64,000 bases of DNA from Octopus vulgaris (Eukaryota): NCBI GenBank assembly GCA_951406725.2, contig OX597830.1, forward strand, positions 55,056,001-55,120,000, read 5' to 3'. Below, piece after piece: positions 39,206 through 50,583 of this stretch. Each line of letters opens with the position of its first letter. The first letter of the stretch is position 1. Under the pieces are notes generated by a model, which was not told the origin of the DNA, did not search any database, and saw only the letters and a program-made list of their open reading frames with translations. Both the position numbers and the translations under genes were made by a program.

Positions 39206-40349
39206 TATGTGTGTTTATAATGCTTATAAGCAGAAAACAGGCATGTTATTCAATGCTTGATAGGACATACATGCATTTCTGCATGTAATTTTTTTCAGCG
39301 TTTTACTGAAACACATGTATGTCCTATAAAGCAATGAATAACATGTATTTTCTCCCTGTTATTATCATTTGTATTGGTCCATATCTTGCACACCAGCCTA
39401 TCCAGAGGTTGATGTCCCATGTTGTACTGCACTGGACACTGGATGGAGTGTGGAACCCACTACTAAACCCAATTTTTGGTTGTTGCACTTTACTGTGCCC
39501 TCATTTTCGGTGTGTTTGTGTGATGCATGAAGGGCTTAGTTGTTACAGTGGTGGACTGCTGACTCAAAGTTCATTGGTTACACCTAGTTGTAATGAATTT
39601 GTGTTGTGTTTTAAAATAAGCATATTACATTCTTTCATCTATTTAACTGACTGCCATTACTTCACAACTTTGGGAAAAATTCTCCAGAAACCACATATGT
39701 TAATAATTTACTTAATACTATGTTATCACAATTGTATACCAACACCTATCTTTACCCTGTGTTCAAGTCTGTAACTCAGTTTTATTTCATTTCCACTTAG
39801 TAACTTTTAATGAAAGCATGAATCTCACAGCATATTCTATCTACAAGTCAAGTCACTAGGTGCCAATGTAATAAAATCAATGCTATTGAGATCTGGGCTT
39901 TGCCAAATAGGAAGGTCTTGTTTAGTAGATATCTTTAACAAGACATTATACTTGTGGCCTCAAGAGCCAGTAATATTGTTACCCACCTCCCTTGTAAGTT
40001 GTTTGGAGTTGAAGTATTTTCTGTCCCTAAAGGGCAGGTTCATTGCTTAGGATGTCTATTATACTGTACCCAACTTTGTGTTGTAATACTTGCTCAACAC
40101 TCCTGCTATCTCCTTCATACACACCTATTTATTATACATTGAATCTTGCTTGCAATGTTACCCAGCCAAACTGGCACATACTGGGAAAATACTATGAATT
40201 AAAGAGTAGTTGTATACTGTCAACATGACAGTCCCATAAAGGGAATCACACCACCGCTATTTAGCCCTAGGAATCATCCACGCTTCCTGTCGGTCTTGAC
40301 ACATTTCCTGTGTCCTTATGTTTACAAAGGGGAGACAAGCACCCCCCTC

Positions 40350-40425
40350 CAGCTAAGCCTGCATCCAAAGATATGTTTCTGAGTCTTGCTCATCATCAGT
40401 CTGGAGTAGCATGGCCTGCTAGCTG
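40350..40425 (-). ncRNA. Type I hammerhead ribozyme (minimal stem III, one probable decay mutation)
   Basis: Minus strand reads TCCAGA-CTGATGA-TGAG(caaga)CTCA-GAAA-CATA-TC-TTTGGA. Stem I is TCCAGA/TTTGGA with outer pairs TGC/GCA, GCC/GGC and CAGCTA/TAGCTG. Stem III ACATAT is one change from the palindrome ACATGT. Cut predicted after 40370. Confidence 0.75.
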
Positions 40426-42189
40426 AAGATACTTGTCTAGACTTTGTAAACATATATAATTTCAGTGGAGTAAATTCACTGATCACAAAATATAGAAATA
40501 TTAAATTTCTAAATATCTCAGAGAGATATAAGCAGTGGTGGAACGATAGAGCTCTATCGTTCCACCACTGCTTATATCTTTTTTTGTTGCCTGAGAATAC
40601 CACTGTGGTGGTATATGAAATTGTAAGTGAGAGGTATAAAAGTAAGCACTATAATGTATTCGGTTTCTACCATTTACAATGTCCTATGTGTAGATCTATA
40701 TATATTCTGTTTTTTCTTTTATTTTTTAATGAGTGTGTGATGAACATACTGGACTGTTGACATCATGACTATGACTTCAGACATTTCTGTAGCTATTCTG
40801 TCTGTCTTTATTGTCTTGTGCAATGTATATAACTACTTGCTTCACTCTCTCTTCTTTGCTGAGGATAGCCTGCTATGAAAGCAGTTGTTCTGTTCAAATT
40901 TGCAATAACAAAAATTGCTTGTGCTTGTGTAAGAGAGGGAGCAAGTGAGAAAAAGAAAGATGTAAACTCATTGGATTGTAGGAGCAGTACTGTCTTTGTA
41001 CTCTGTCTTTGTACACTGTCTTTGTACTCTGCATGCACAAACACTTTCTGGGGAAATTATAGAAAATCTAATCAATAAATGTTCCTCAACTGAAACTAAT
41101 TTGGTAAATATTACTGCTTTTCTCCTTTTATCTCAGTGTTTCTAATTGAAGTAGTTTCTAACAAGATGTTTTCCGTTTCTTCCACTCAATAGTGGTAATC
41201 CTTAGCACAGGGATAAGCTATGTTTCTACTGTATTAGTTGAATCAACAGTGTGTATAGGCATAGCTGTGTGGTTAAGTTTGCTTCCAAACCACATGGTTT
41301 CAGATTCAGTCCCACTGCAAAACTTGTCTTTGTAGTATAGCCCCAGGCTAACCAAAGCTTTGTGAGTGGATTAGTTGAACAGAAACTGTAAGAAACCCAT
41401 TGCATGTACTGCGTATGTGAGAAATAATAGGTGTATATTTGCACTGCCTTGTCTTAATATTGTATGGTAGTTGTAATTAGTGTCACTCTCATCTCATATT
41501 CTGCGGGGTTTAAGAAATTATCTACCCTTGCAAACTGGATGACTTTTACCTACCACAGCATGATTTGAAAACCATCACTCAAACCATGCATCACATAATC
41601 CACAAGTTCTCTCGCCCCCAAAATTGCAGCCAAGCCTTTTAGTCTTTTACCAGAAGATCTTGATGTCATATATTGGATGTAAATAAGCATCACTTGTCAT
41701 ACTAGAGTTGTTTGTTTCCAGGTTTTTATTTTTGTTTTTCGAGAAACATTCCTGGCCATGGGAAATATTATCTTGGAAACAGATGAGGGTTGGCACTAGG
41801 AAAAGTGTATCTGGCTGTAGAAAATCTGCATTCACTAATTCCATCTGATCCATGCTGTCATGGAAAAGTAGACAGTAAAGGATAATGATACCTCCTCCTT
41901 CATACACACACATGCCACAGGCTTCTTCCAGTTTTCATTCACTTATTTCATTCACAAGGTATTAGTCAACCTACAACTATGGGACACTAGCCAACAGTGG
42001 CCAAACTATTTTGTTACATGAACCCTGGTTGAGAACCACTGGTGTAGGGTCTTTAGTTGAGCAGCCAACTGAATATTGATCATTGAAACTGATATCATAT
42101 CCACTTATTTGCATTGTATATGGAAGCCACTTTGACACTACTGTTCTGTCTCCCAAAAGATGAAGCTCCACATCTACAATGTGTTGGTC

Positions 42190-42660
42190 TTCTCTGTTCT
42201 CTATGAATCAGAAATGTAGCCCTTCATGAAAACCCTGGCAAAGAGCATCAATAGCCTTAGTAGCAGTACCCTGAAGACCATCTAGAATATCAGCTTATAC
42301 CACCCCATTTCCAGTGAAGAGCTGCATGTGTGCACACATCAGCCTTTTGCCTCCTGCTTCTTAGCCATCTGCTGCATGCACTGGTATGGACATATCCTCT
42401 GCCTTCTGCTAGATCATCCTTCCAGGGCCTTATTCTCATTTGATGTAGCAGAAGGCTGGGAGAGACTCCATGGCAGACCCAGCACTAGATGGGTGGACAT
42501 GATTAAGGAAGATCTCCAGAGGCTCAACATCACCTTGGAGGATGCAAAGTGGCTGGCACAGACTACCAATTATGTGGGGCACTGGTGAATGTGGTCAGCC
42601 CTATGCACATTGACATCTCTGGAACCGCTAACCTGGGATGGCTCCAGCCTCATCAAGCAA
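42190..42660 (+). mobile_element. Decayed non-LTR (RTE-like) 3' fragment
   Basis: HWYGHILCL...GRPSTRWVDMIKEDLQRLNITLEDAKWLAQ. Confidence 0.7.
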
Positions 42661-43221
42661 GAGCTTAGAGATGAAAAGAGAACAGAAGGGAGATATATTT
42701 GTAATGTATTTATGTATGTGTGTGCATGCATGTGTTTATATAGATATAAATTATACATAGGTATATATGCATATTAGTATTTACATGCCTCAGTGTCAGT
42801 GTGTCCATATAAATGTGCACACAAGCAGAAAGGAGGAGGAATCTCATCTGGTACATTTACAGATTAGATAAATGAAATACATGAAGGTGGGGTATGTACC
42901 GGGTGAAGTATTGACCTGAAGATAAGGATAAAGCAATAAACTGCTATTTCTGTTCTAACATTTTAACTTAATGGAAAGGTTATTTTTCAAATTACCCTGT
43001 GTATTGTTCCTATGACAACACATAGAATTTCTATATCATCTTCATTTGGCTAACAGCTCCAAAGTCTGATAGAAGCAGCTCTGTTTTCTTCAGTAAAAGT
43101 AGCAGTGTCCTTTTCTCTTTCTTTCTTTCTTTTTATATTTTTGTTATCTATTGCACTGTTAGTTACCAATTGTTTACTACCATTTCTTTTAGTTGTTTTC
43201 TTTTTTTTTTCTACTTTGCAG

Positions 43222-43285
43222 TGTCAAGTTGTATAGCAGTGCTGGTTTAAGTGGTGCCGAATCATGTCGCAGAAAGTGACACAAG
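43222..43285 (+). other. Candidate 64-nt exon, possibly containing a start codon (ATG 43264, MSQKVTQ-phase 1)
   Basis: Long T-tract acceptor ...ctactttgcAG and donor AAG|GTACTT. Locally GC/CpG-richer than its flanks. Product not identifiable. Confidence 0.55.
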
Positions 43286-44267
43286 GTACTTACTCTCTAG
43301 CTTTCATCCACTCTTAGTTTGAATTTCAATTTGTGTGAACTTGTATGTGTGTTGTTGTATTTTAAATTGAGTTCTCTTTTTGTTTTTACAGCATTTCATC
43401 TTAATTGTTTTCCCTTTATACAGAAAAAAGGTTTGCTTGTTTAGTTTGCATTTACTGCTCTGTGTCAAAGCTATTGTTCAACAAAGTCAATCATCTTTCT
43501 GGTTTCTTTCAAACAATTTAAAATCATATACCTATATATATTTCATCTTCAAATTGATTTATTTAGTTTAATTCAATTAGGATAGAACTTCATAATTCTG
43601 TAACAATTCTAGTTTATTAATCATCTCAGTTATATTAGTTTTTATTTTTCAATATTACATAATGTTCACATTTTTTTCTCTAAAGTGTATTTTCCTAATT
43701 AAATTTGAATTTTATTTCATATTTGTATTTATTATTCAAACTAAAAGATTATTATTAATATTATTATTTTTATTATTATTATTATTATTATTAGCAGCAG
43801 GAGCAAATGATTATTAGGAATTTGTGAAATAATCTTCAACATAATGTAATTAAAACCGTTAAGGTTGAGAATACTTTCTGATGTTACATAAAATATGTAT
43901 TTCCTACAGACAGCATTAGCTCTTATATATAATTGCTCAGAATTTGCGACAATGGCTGTTTTAGTTGTTCCATCAACTAAACTACTAGGTTCACAGAGTT
44001 AGCATGTAAGTGGCCAAGTATTCCACAAACATATGTAACTCTTAATGTAATTCTCAGGTAGGATCATCTGGACTTTTGAATTATAGGTACCATAGATCCA
44101 GTGGGCTTCTACTCAGTTTCCATCCGCTTGATTTCACTAAAAAGGTATTGCTCACTTAAACCTATTGGAAATACACTTGCTCAAGATGCCCTATAGTGGA
44201 ATTGAAACTGAGGCCTTATGATTGTGAGGTGAACTTCTAAACATGTTTAGTGATACTGTGCCGACAT

Positions 44268-44315
<48 letters not shown>

Positions 44316-45028
44316 CATCATTTAATATCCATTCTCCATGTTGGCATGGGGTTGATGGTTTGACTGGGCTGGCACGCTGAAAGGCTGTACCAAACTCCAG
44401 TGTGATTTGGCATGGTTTTCTATGGCTGGATGGCCTTCCTAACACCAACTGCTCCAAGAGTGTAATGGGTGATCTTACGTGCCACCGGCACGGGTGCCAT
44501 TTGCATGACACTGGGGTGTGTTTACGTATTACCAGCATGGGTGCCAATTTGCATGACACCAGTATGTGCCATGACTGCGATTTTGCTTGGCTTGATGGGT
44601 CTTCTTCTCAAGCACAACATAATGCCAGAGGTCTCAGTTATTGCCTCTGTGAGGTCCATCACTCAAAAGGAACTCAGCCACCATATATCATCATCGTTTA
44701 ATGTCCATTTTCCATGCTGGCATGGGTTGGACAGTTTGATTGAGGTCTGGAGAGCCAGTGGCTACACCAGGCTCCAATCTGCTCTGGCAATGTTTCTACA
44801 GCTGGATGCCCTTCCTAACACAAACCACTCTGAGAATGTAGTGGGTGCTTTTTATGTGCCACCAGCACAGGAGCCAGTCAGAGGGTAGTGGTATCAGCCA
44901 CATCTGGATGGTGCTTTTTACATACCACCGGCACGGGGGCCAGTCAGGCAGTCCTGGCATCGATCACGTTTGGATAGTGCTTTTTACATGCCACCTGCAC
45001 AGGAGCCAGTCAGTGGGTACTGGCATCA
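44316..45028 (-). mobile_element. Two adjacent RTE-tail SINE copies
   Basis: Reverse complement of the 113-790 module, present twice. Confidence 0.75.
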
Positions 45029-46525
45029 TGTTATGTGTGTGTATATATGTATATATGTTTTGATATTTTGGATTTGACACCTGAATTTTTTCAAAGGTAG
45101 TAAATTTGTGTATAAAATAATTAACCAATTAAGATGGTTGGTCCATCTGTATGAAAATATATAACAATTCCTTTCTAGTGTTATATTTTCTGTGATCCTG
45201 TTTATTTATTTATTGAAGAATAAAATCATTCCTGGCAGTTTTGCACTGCTTTCTTTAATTTGTAATTAAAAATGGATTACAAAATCTTTGTTTTTTTTTT
45301 TTCCTACAAATTTTGGAATCATGTAATTAACATTTAGCTAAAGTGCTGAAACAGTTTCTTTTTTATTTAATATTTTCTTTAATTAAATCAATCCTCTAAT
45401 TCCATGCTATCAATGTTATTTTAATAGAATTTCAGTAAAAAGAGGACATTTTCTTATTTTAAAAGTAATTACTCAGAAAAGAATGTTAATAGTGTAGATA
45501 ATATAATTACAAACTAAAACACACAAAATGAAAGCATAATTATATGCATGTTTGTACGTATGTGCAGACATGCATATATATATATATATATACAAATGCA
45601 TATTATATATAGCATTTCTTTGCACACTTTAGTAAAACTACTATTTTTGTTTTCTTGTTTCTAACCTAAATGGCCAGTAGCTTTGGCACTAAGCAGAGAA
45701 CAGTGCATGATAATGCCTCTCCATAAGCTCATTAAACTTTTGTCAACTCTTCAGTTCTGTTATTTTCAACAGTTCACAATACTATTTTCATATCGTATTT
45801 TTTTTCATTCTCAAACTTTTTTAGTGTCATTTATGGCATATCTTTTCAAGGAGTTGTGTTATATATATAATTTACACACACACACACACACACCTCTACT
45901 TACAAGTAATATTCTTATTGATATTTATTGCTTATGTGTAAAAAAAAAAATACAAAAAAATTCATCCCGTTTAAAGTAGCTAAATTTATTTACAATACAG
46001 TTATATGCATTTTTAGCTTCTACTTATTTTTTTATTGTCTATCACTCTGTTAACATTTTATACATTAAAAAAAAAAACAACAAATAAGCCTGATCCCATT
46101 TCTGCATTTTAGAAAAATATATCGAGTCGGTAGTTTGAAATCTTATACATTTGATAACATTCTAAATGTAGTCACTATCAATAATGGTAATTTTAGTAGT
46201 TTACTTCTGGATTGTGTCAGTGAATTGATAAAGCATTTGTTTGGGGATTTTTTTTTTTTATTTAATGGATATTTCCATTTATACTTTCTACATAATTGAA
46301 AAAGTATATATGTATTTATTTATTTATTTATGTATGTATATATATATGTGTGTGTGCGCGTGCATGTGTCTATAGATATATATTGATGGATAGATATGTA
46401 CTATTCCTGGGTTGACCTGTTCACAGGAACATGGTCAGATCACTCAGAATAAAGAGCTTAAATTAAGAAGTTTGAGTATAGTATGTTGTAATGTAAATCC
46501 ACTCTCATGGCTATGGACAAAGAAT

Positions 46526-46558
<33 letters not shown>

Positions 46559-47928
46559 GTATGTATATATATATGCACACATACGCACACACAAAGCTAT
46601 TATTAGCCTTGCAGTTACTGGAGTTTTAATCTTACATAACCATTTTATTGGTGACAAACAGTATTTAATTAAGATGAGTATTATTATGCAAAGTATAGTG
46701 AAAATAATTTCAGTAGCTTAGAAACAGTCTTGTAATGACACTTAACTTTTATAGAAAATAACGTATAAGGAAATAATTTTGAGGAATATTATTTAGAATA
46801 GGAAATATGTTCTGGTAAGAATCAGTAGTATTGAATAAATTGTCTGCAAGTATTTACATTTCTATCCTGTCTGTGTTTAAATCTCACTGGCAGAATTGAC
46901 TTTTACTATTAATTGTTGATGGATCAATATTGGAAGTACTTGTTAAGTATTAGGATTGATGATATCAATTTTGCCATAATCTTTGTGGCCTTGTTTTTGT
47001 ACCTATGTTAGAAATCAGAGTAGCAGAAATGGTTCTAGATCATGTCTTCTTCTAGTGAGTTACCTCAATTCAAATCTTGTGGGTGATAAAGTACCCATAA
47101 TATACTAGATGCTCATTATGTTGATTATACACAGTCACGACATTGCGTTAGAAATTAAGAAAACACATTGGAAAATATTTTATCTTACTAGGAATTATTA
47201 TTTTGTTACTGGTGGATGACAGAATTTGTAAAGCACCTGATAACAATACCTTTCTCGGTATTTAATTCAAATGCCACTGAATCTAACTTTGCTTTTGTTC
47301 TGTCTGGATTAATCAAATAAGTACTTGGGTTAATTTGCCAGATTTGTGGCTTTGTACTTATGTTAAAGATAATCATTATTAACAACTTTATTGTATTTTT
47401 TCATCATTATCTGTATATATGTCTCCTTAAAACTTTGTACTACAGACAGTAGTATCATTTAGTTTCTTATTCTTATTAGCAGCTGAAAATGTGATATTTT
47501 ATTCTATTTCTCATTTGGGTTGGAAAAATATAGTTGTAGATCAGGACAAAGTTACAGGAATTTCAATGTTTGTATAAGTTTATGTATGTTCCTCCAGTTG
47601 TGAACATAAATGATGTCACTCCTGATATAGCCATAGCTATGATGTCCAACACCAAGTCTCTGATTATGTGGAATTTAGTGTTTTCTGCTGATAGTTTTAT
47701 TTATTTATATCTTTCAGTGGTACTTGCTATATCATGGGAGAGGCAGTCTGGAGAGTTAGTTGTATGATCACAGGTGTGGTTATAAAGTTTGCATGTTCAA
47801 TCTCATCACATGACACCACGGGCAGGTGTCACCTACAATAGCTTTGAGTTGACTAATGCTTTGTAAGTGGAATTTCAAAGATGAATACTCTGCAGAAGCC
47901 TCTGTGTGTGTGTGAGTGTGTGTGTGTT

Positions 47929-48392
47929 ACCTCAACATTGAGGCTAAAAATGGGACTGATCTTGAAAGTATACATGCGGGTGGTTCTGTTAGACTCTCTG
48001 TTCCCTGGGAGGACCTTATTGAGAAGGTAAATACAGCAATAGAATGAAATATACTGAGCCAGTTGTGCAGAAACAATGGATGGCAAGCAAGGTTTGACCC
48101 ATTGAGGTGGGGTCAGAGGCTTAGGTGAGTCTCTCTGCATATCTTATGGTATACTGGGCATAACAAGGGCATACAATATACTGGACAGAACACAATCAAG
48201 TTGTTTATGGAGGCAGCAGAGGTTGACTTAAAATAACTGTGGATCAAGGGACATGGGCTCTGGAAAGTAGTGCTAACTGTACACAAGCTGATACTTGATT
48301 AACCCTGGTTGGGTGACCCAGATGGGGGTGTTTGATTGTTGAAAGATCCAAAACACCAGTGACTCCAGGAAACATCATTGCAGGATGATGTA
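47929..48392 (+). mobile_element. Hero/R2-superfamily non-LTR retrotransposon 3' end (REL endonuclease plus 3' UTR), decayed
   Basis: Across frameshifts: TSTLR...VVLL-LSVPWED...KYTE...CRNNGWQAR-PIEVG-RG...EAAE...LWIK. This matches the ELTVPWE/KY/EVGxRG REL signature. Confidence 0.8.
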
Positions 48393-48693
48393 TGGATAAA
48401 CCACATGTATACACACACACACACACACACACGTTTGTATATCTTTTGTTGATATATATTGGCAAGCGATGTGAAATCATCAGCAAGAAAAAAGGAAAAC
48501 TTGTGCTTTTTTTTTTTTTTAAGCTGAGTTCCTTATTGATATTTTTCTGCATTGGGTTACAGAAACTCCTTCATCGCACTCACTGTTGGTAATGCAATGA
48601 GCCTGTTAACCAAATGTAATATCAAATAGAATAAATAAATATTTTAACTTAACAACTAATCCTATTGGTGCCACTATTTAACATGGGCTACGT

Positions 48694-49105
48694 CAGTGCT
48701 TCTCAAACTTTCTTTTTAGCTGACTTCCCTTTTATTTTTACTAACAGTATTTTAAATCTCTTCCCACTCCTTTTACTCATGTATCAGCAAGCCAGAATAA
48801 TTTCGTTCCAGTCTCTAGTTTGATACTATAAGCATAGGTTTTGTTTATTTATTTAGTCATATTTCAAAGTCTATTATTGCTGTTGATGTTGTTATCATTA
48901 GCTAATAAACAGTTTAACATATTTCGTTTAAAATTATTTTAAAAGTTAATATTTAAATTGGAGACAAAACAAAAATGTGCAAATACTTCTGTTACCCATT
49001 ACCACCCGGCTCTCTTCAATATCTACATAACATTTTCCACTGCCCCACCTAACCTAATGTTGGTGGTGGATAGGGGAAAGCAGTACTTCTCATTGAGAAG
49101 CACTG
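48694..49105. mobile_element. hAT MITE
   Basis: Ends cagtgcttctcaa / ttgagaagcactg. Degenerate 8-bp TSD ggctacgt / ggttacat. Confidence 0.75.
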
Positions 49106-50229
49106 GGTTACATTTTCATCTAACGCCATTATACATCTGTTCCTATAGGATACATGTGTAGTTTAAAATATTGTAATGATATCTTCGAAAGAAAGGTTCT
49201 AATTATAAGAAAATATATATATCTATATATATACAGGGGTGGGGGGAGAATAAGGTATTTAATATTAGTCAGGGATTAATTTCTAACATCCCATTGAAAA
49301 TTTTTAAGTAAAAAGCTCAGTCATGTAATAATTGAGCAGAAAATACCTAAATAGGGAATATGTTTAGATTACTGCAGAAAAGATTTTTTTTTTTAAATAT
49401 AATTACTCATATGTGCTAAAAATAAGATCATGCATGTGTGGTTGTTAATTACTTAATTGAAAAACAGATACACTCAGAAAAAAGATGTTGGAAAAATGAT
49501 GTTAGTAATAACTTTAATTGAATTAGTAATAGACATACAAATATCAAGAAAGAAAAGAATAGATTTTCCCGGCTTTTTGCAACAACTTATTCATTATAAA
49601 ATTTACAGGTAAGCCATTATTCCCACTCCCAGGTATGCACAAATTTCATCAATGCATTTAGGTACTTCCCTTTTGTTTTGCATACAAATTAGTTTAGGTG
49701 AGTGTACTAATCAAAATTCAATGGAAAACTTGCAAAAAAATATATATATGTGTCCTGTCATCTCCAAACTTCATCAGCCATTAATTCACAGCTTAAATCA
49801 TCAAATAAGTTGTTCAAAAGAGATTAATAGCCATTTTTCAAAGAAAGTTTCTACAAATAATAATAATAATAATAATAATTTGCAAAGATTCAGCAATACA
49901 TGGGCTTGCTGTAAATGAGTATTGCAGAGTGTAAACGAATTATAGAGTTTATACTTTTCTGTACAAGGAATATAAACAAGGTTGGATTGATTCATGTGAT
50001 TCTAGGTGGTGTGGGACTAACAGACAGAAATACTGATGTATGAATGTGTATCGTACAGGATGTTAAGAGCCACTTGAAGCAAAGTGTTAAACAGAAACTA
50101 TAAAAGATTAGATTGTCTAGAAAATTTTAAATAATGTAATTTAAAATTTGTATGGGGGATGGATTTATGGAAATCTATTGTTTACTGTATTTCTGAGCTG
50201 TTTGAGCTTTTGTTTCCGAATTTATTTCT

Positions 50230-50583
50230 AGCATGACTGTGTGATTAAGATGCCTGCTTTGCATATGTGGTTTTAAGTCCTGTCCCCCTGGGCAGTACCT
50301 TGAGCAAGTGTCTTCTAGGACTACAGGTTGATCAATGCCTTGTGAGTGAATTTGGTAGATGGAAACTGAAGCCCATCATGTGCATGTGTGCTATCCTACC
50401 AAGTGACAAGAGGGGTTGATTTTGTCCCATAACTTAGCAGTTTGGCAAAAGAGAATGATAGAATAAGTACCAGACTTCTTTAAAAAAGAAAGTACTGGGG
50501 TCAAATTGTTTGACTAAATCTTTCAAGGTGGTGCCCCAGCATGGTTGTAGTCCAATGACTAAAACAAGTAGAAGATAAAAGAT
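50230..50583 (+). mobile_element. tRNA-derived composite SINE
   Basis: Same head as 811-959, plus the aacttagcagtttggcaaaagag...gccccagcatgg...aagataaaagat tail also seen at 1640-1843, 35778-35970 and 51750-51900. Confidence 0.75.

Noticed and set aside
48324-48360. Hammerhead-like hairpin in the Hero 3' UTR (ggtgtttgattgttgaaagatccaaaacacc)
   Set aside because: It lacks the CUGANGA and correctly placed GAAA boxes.
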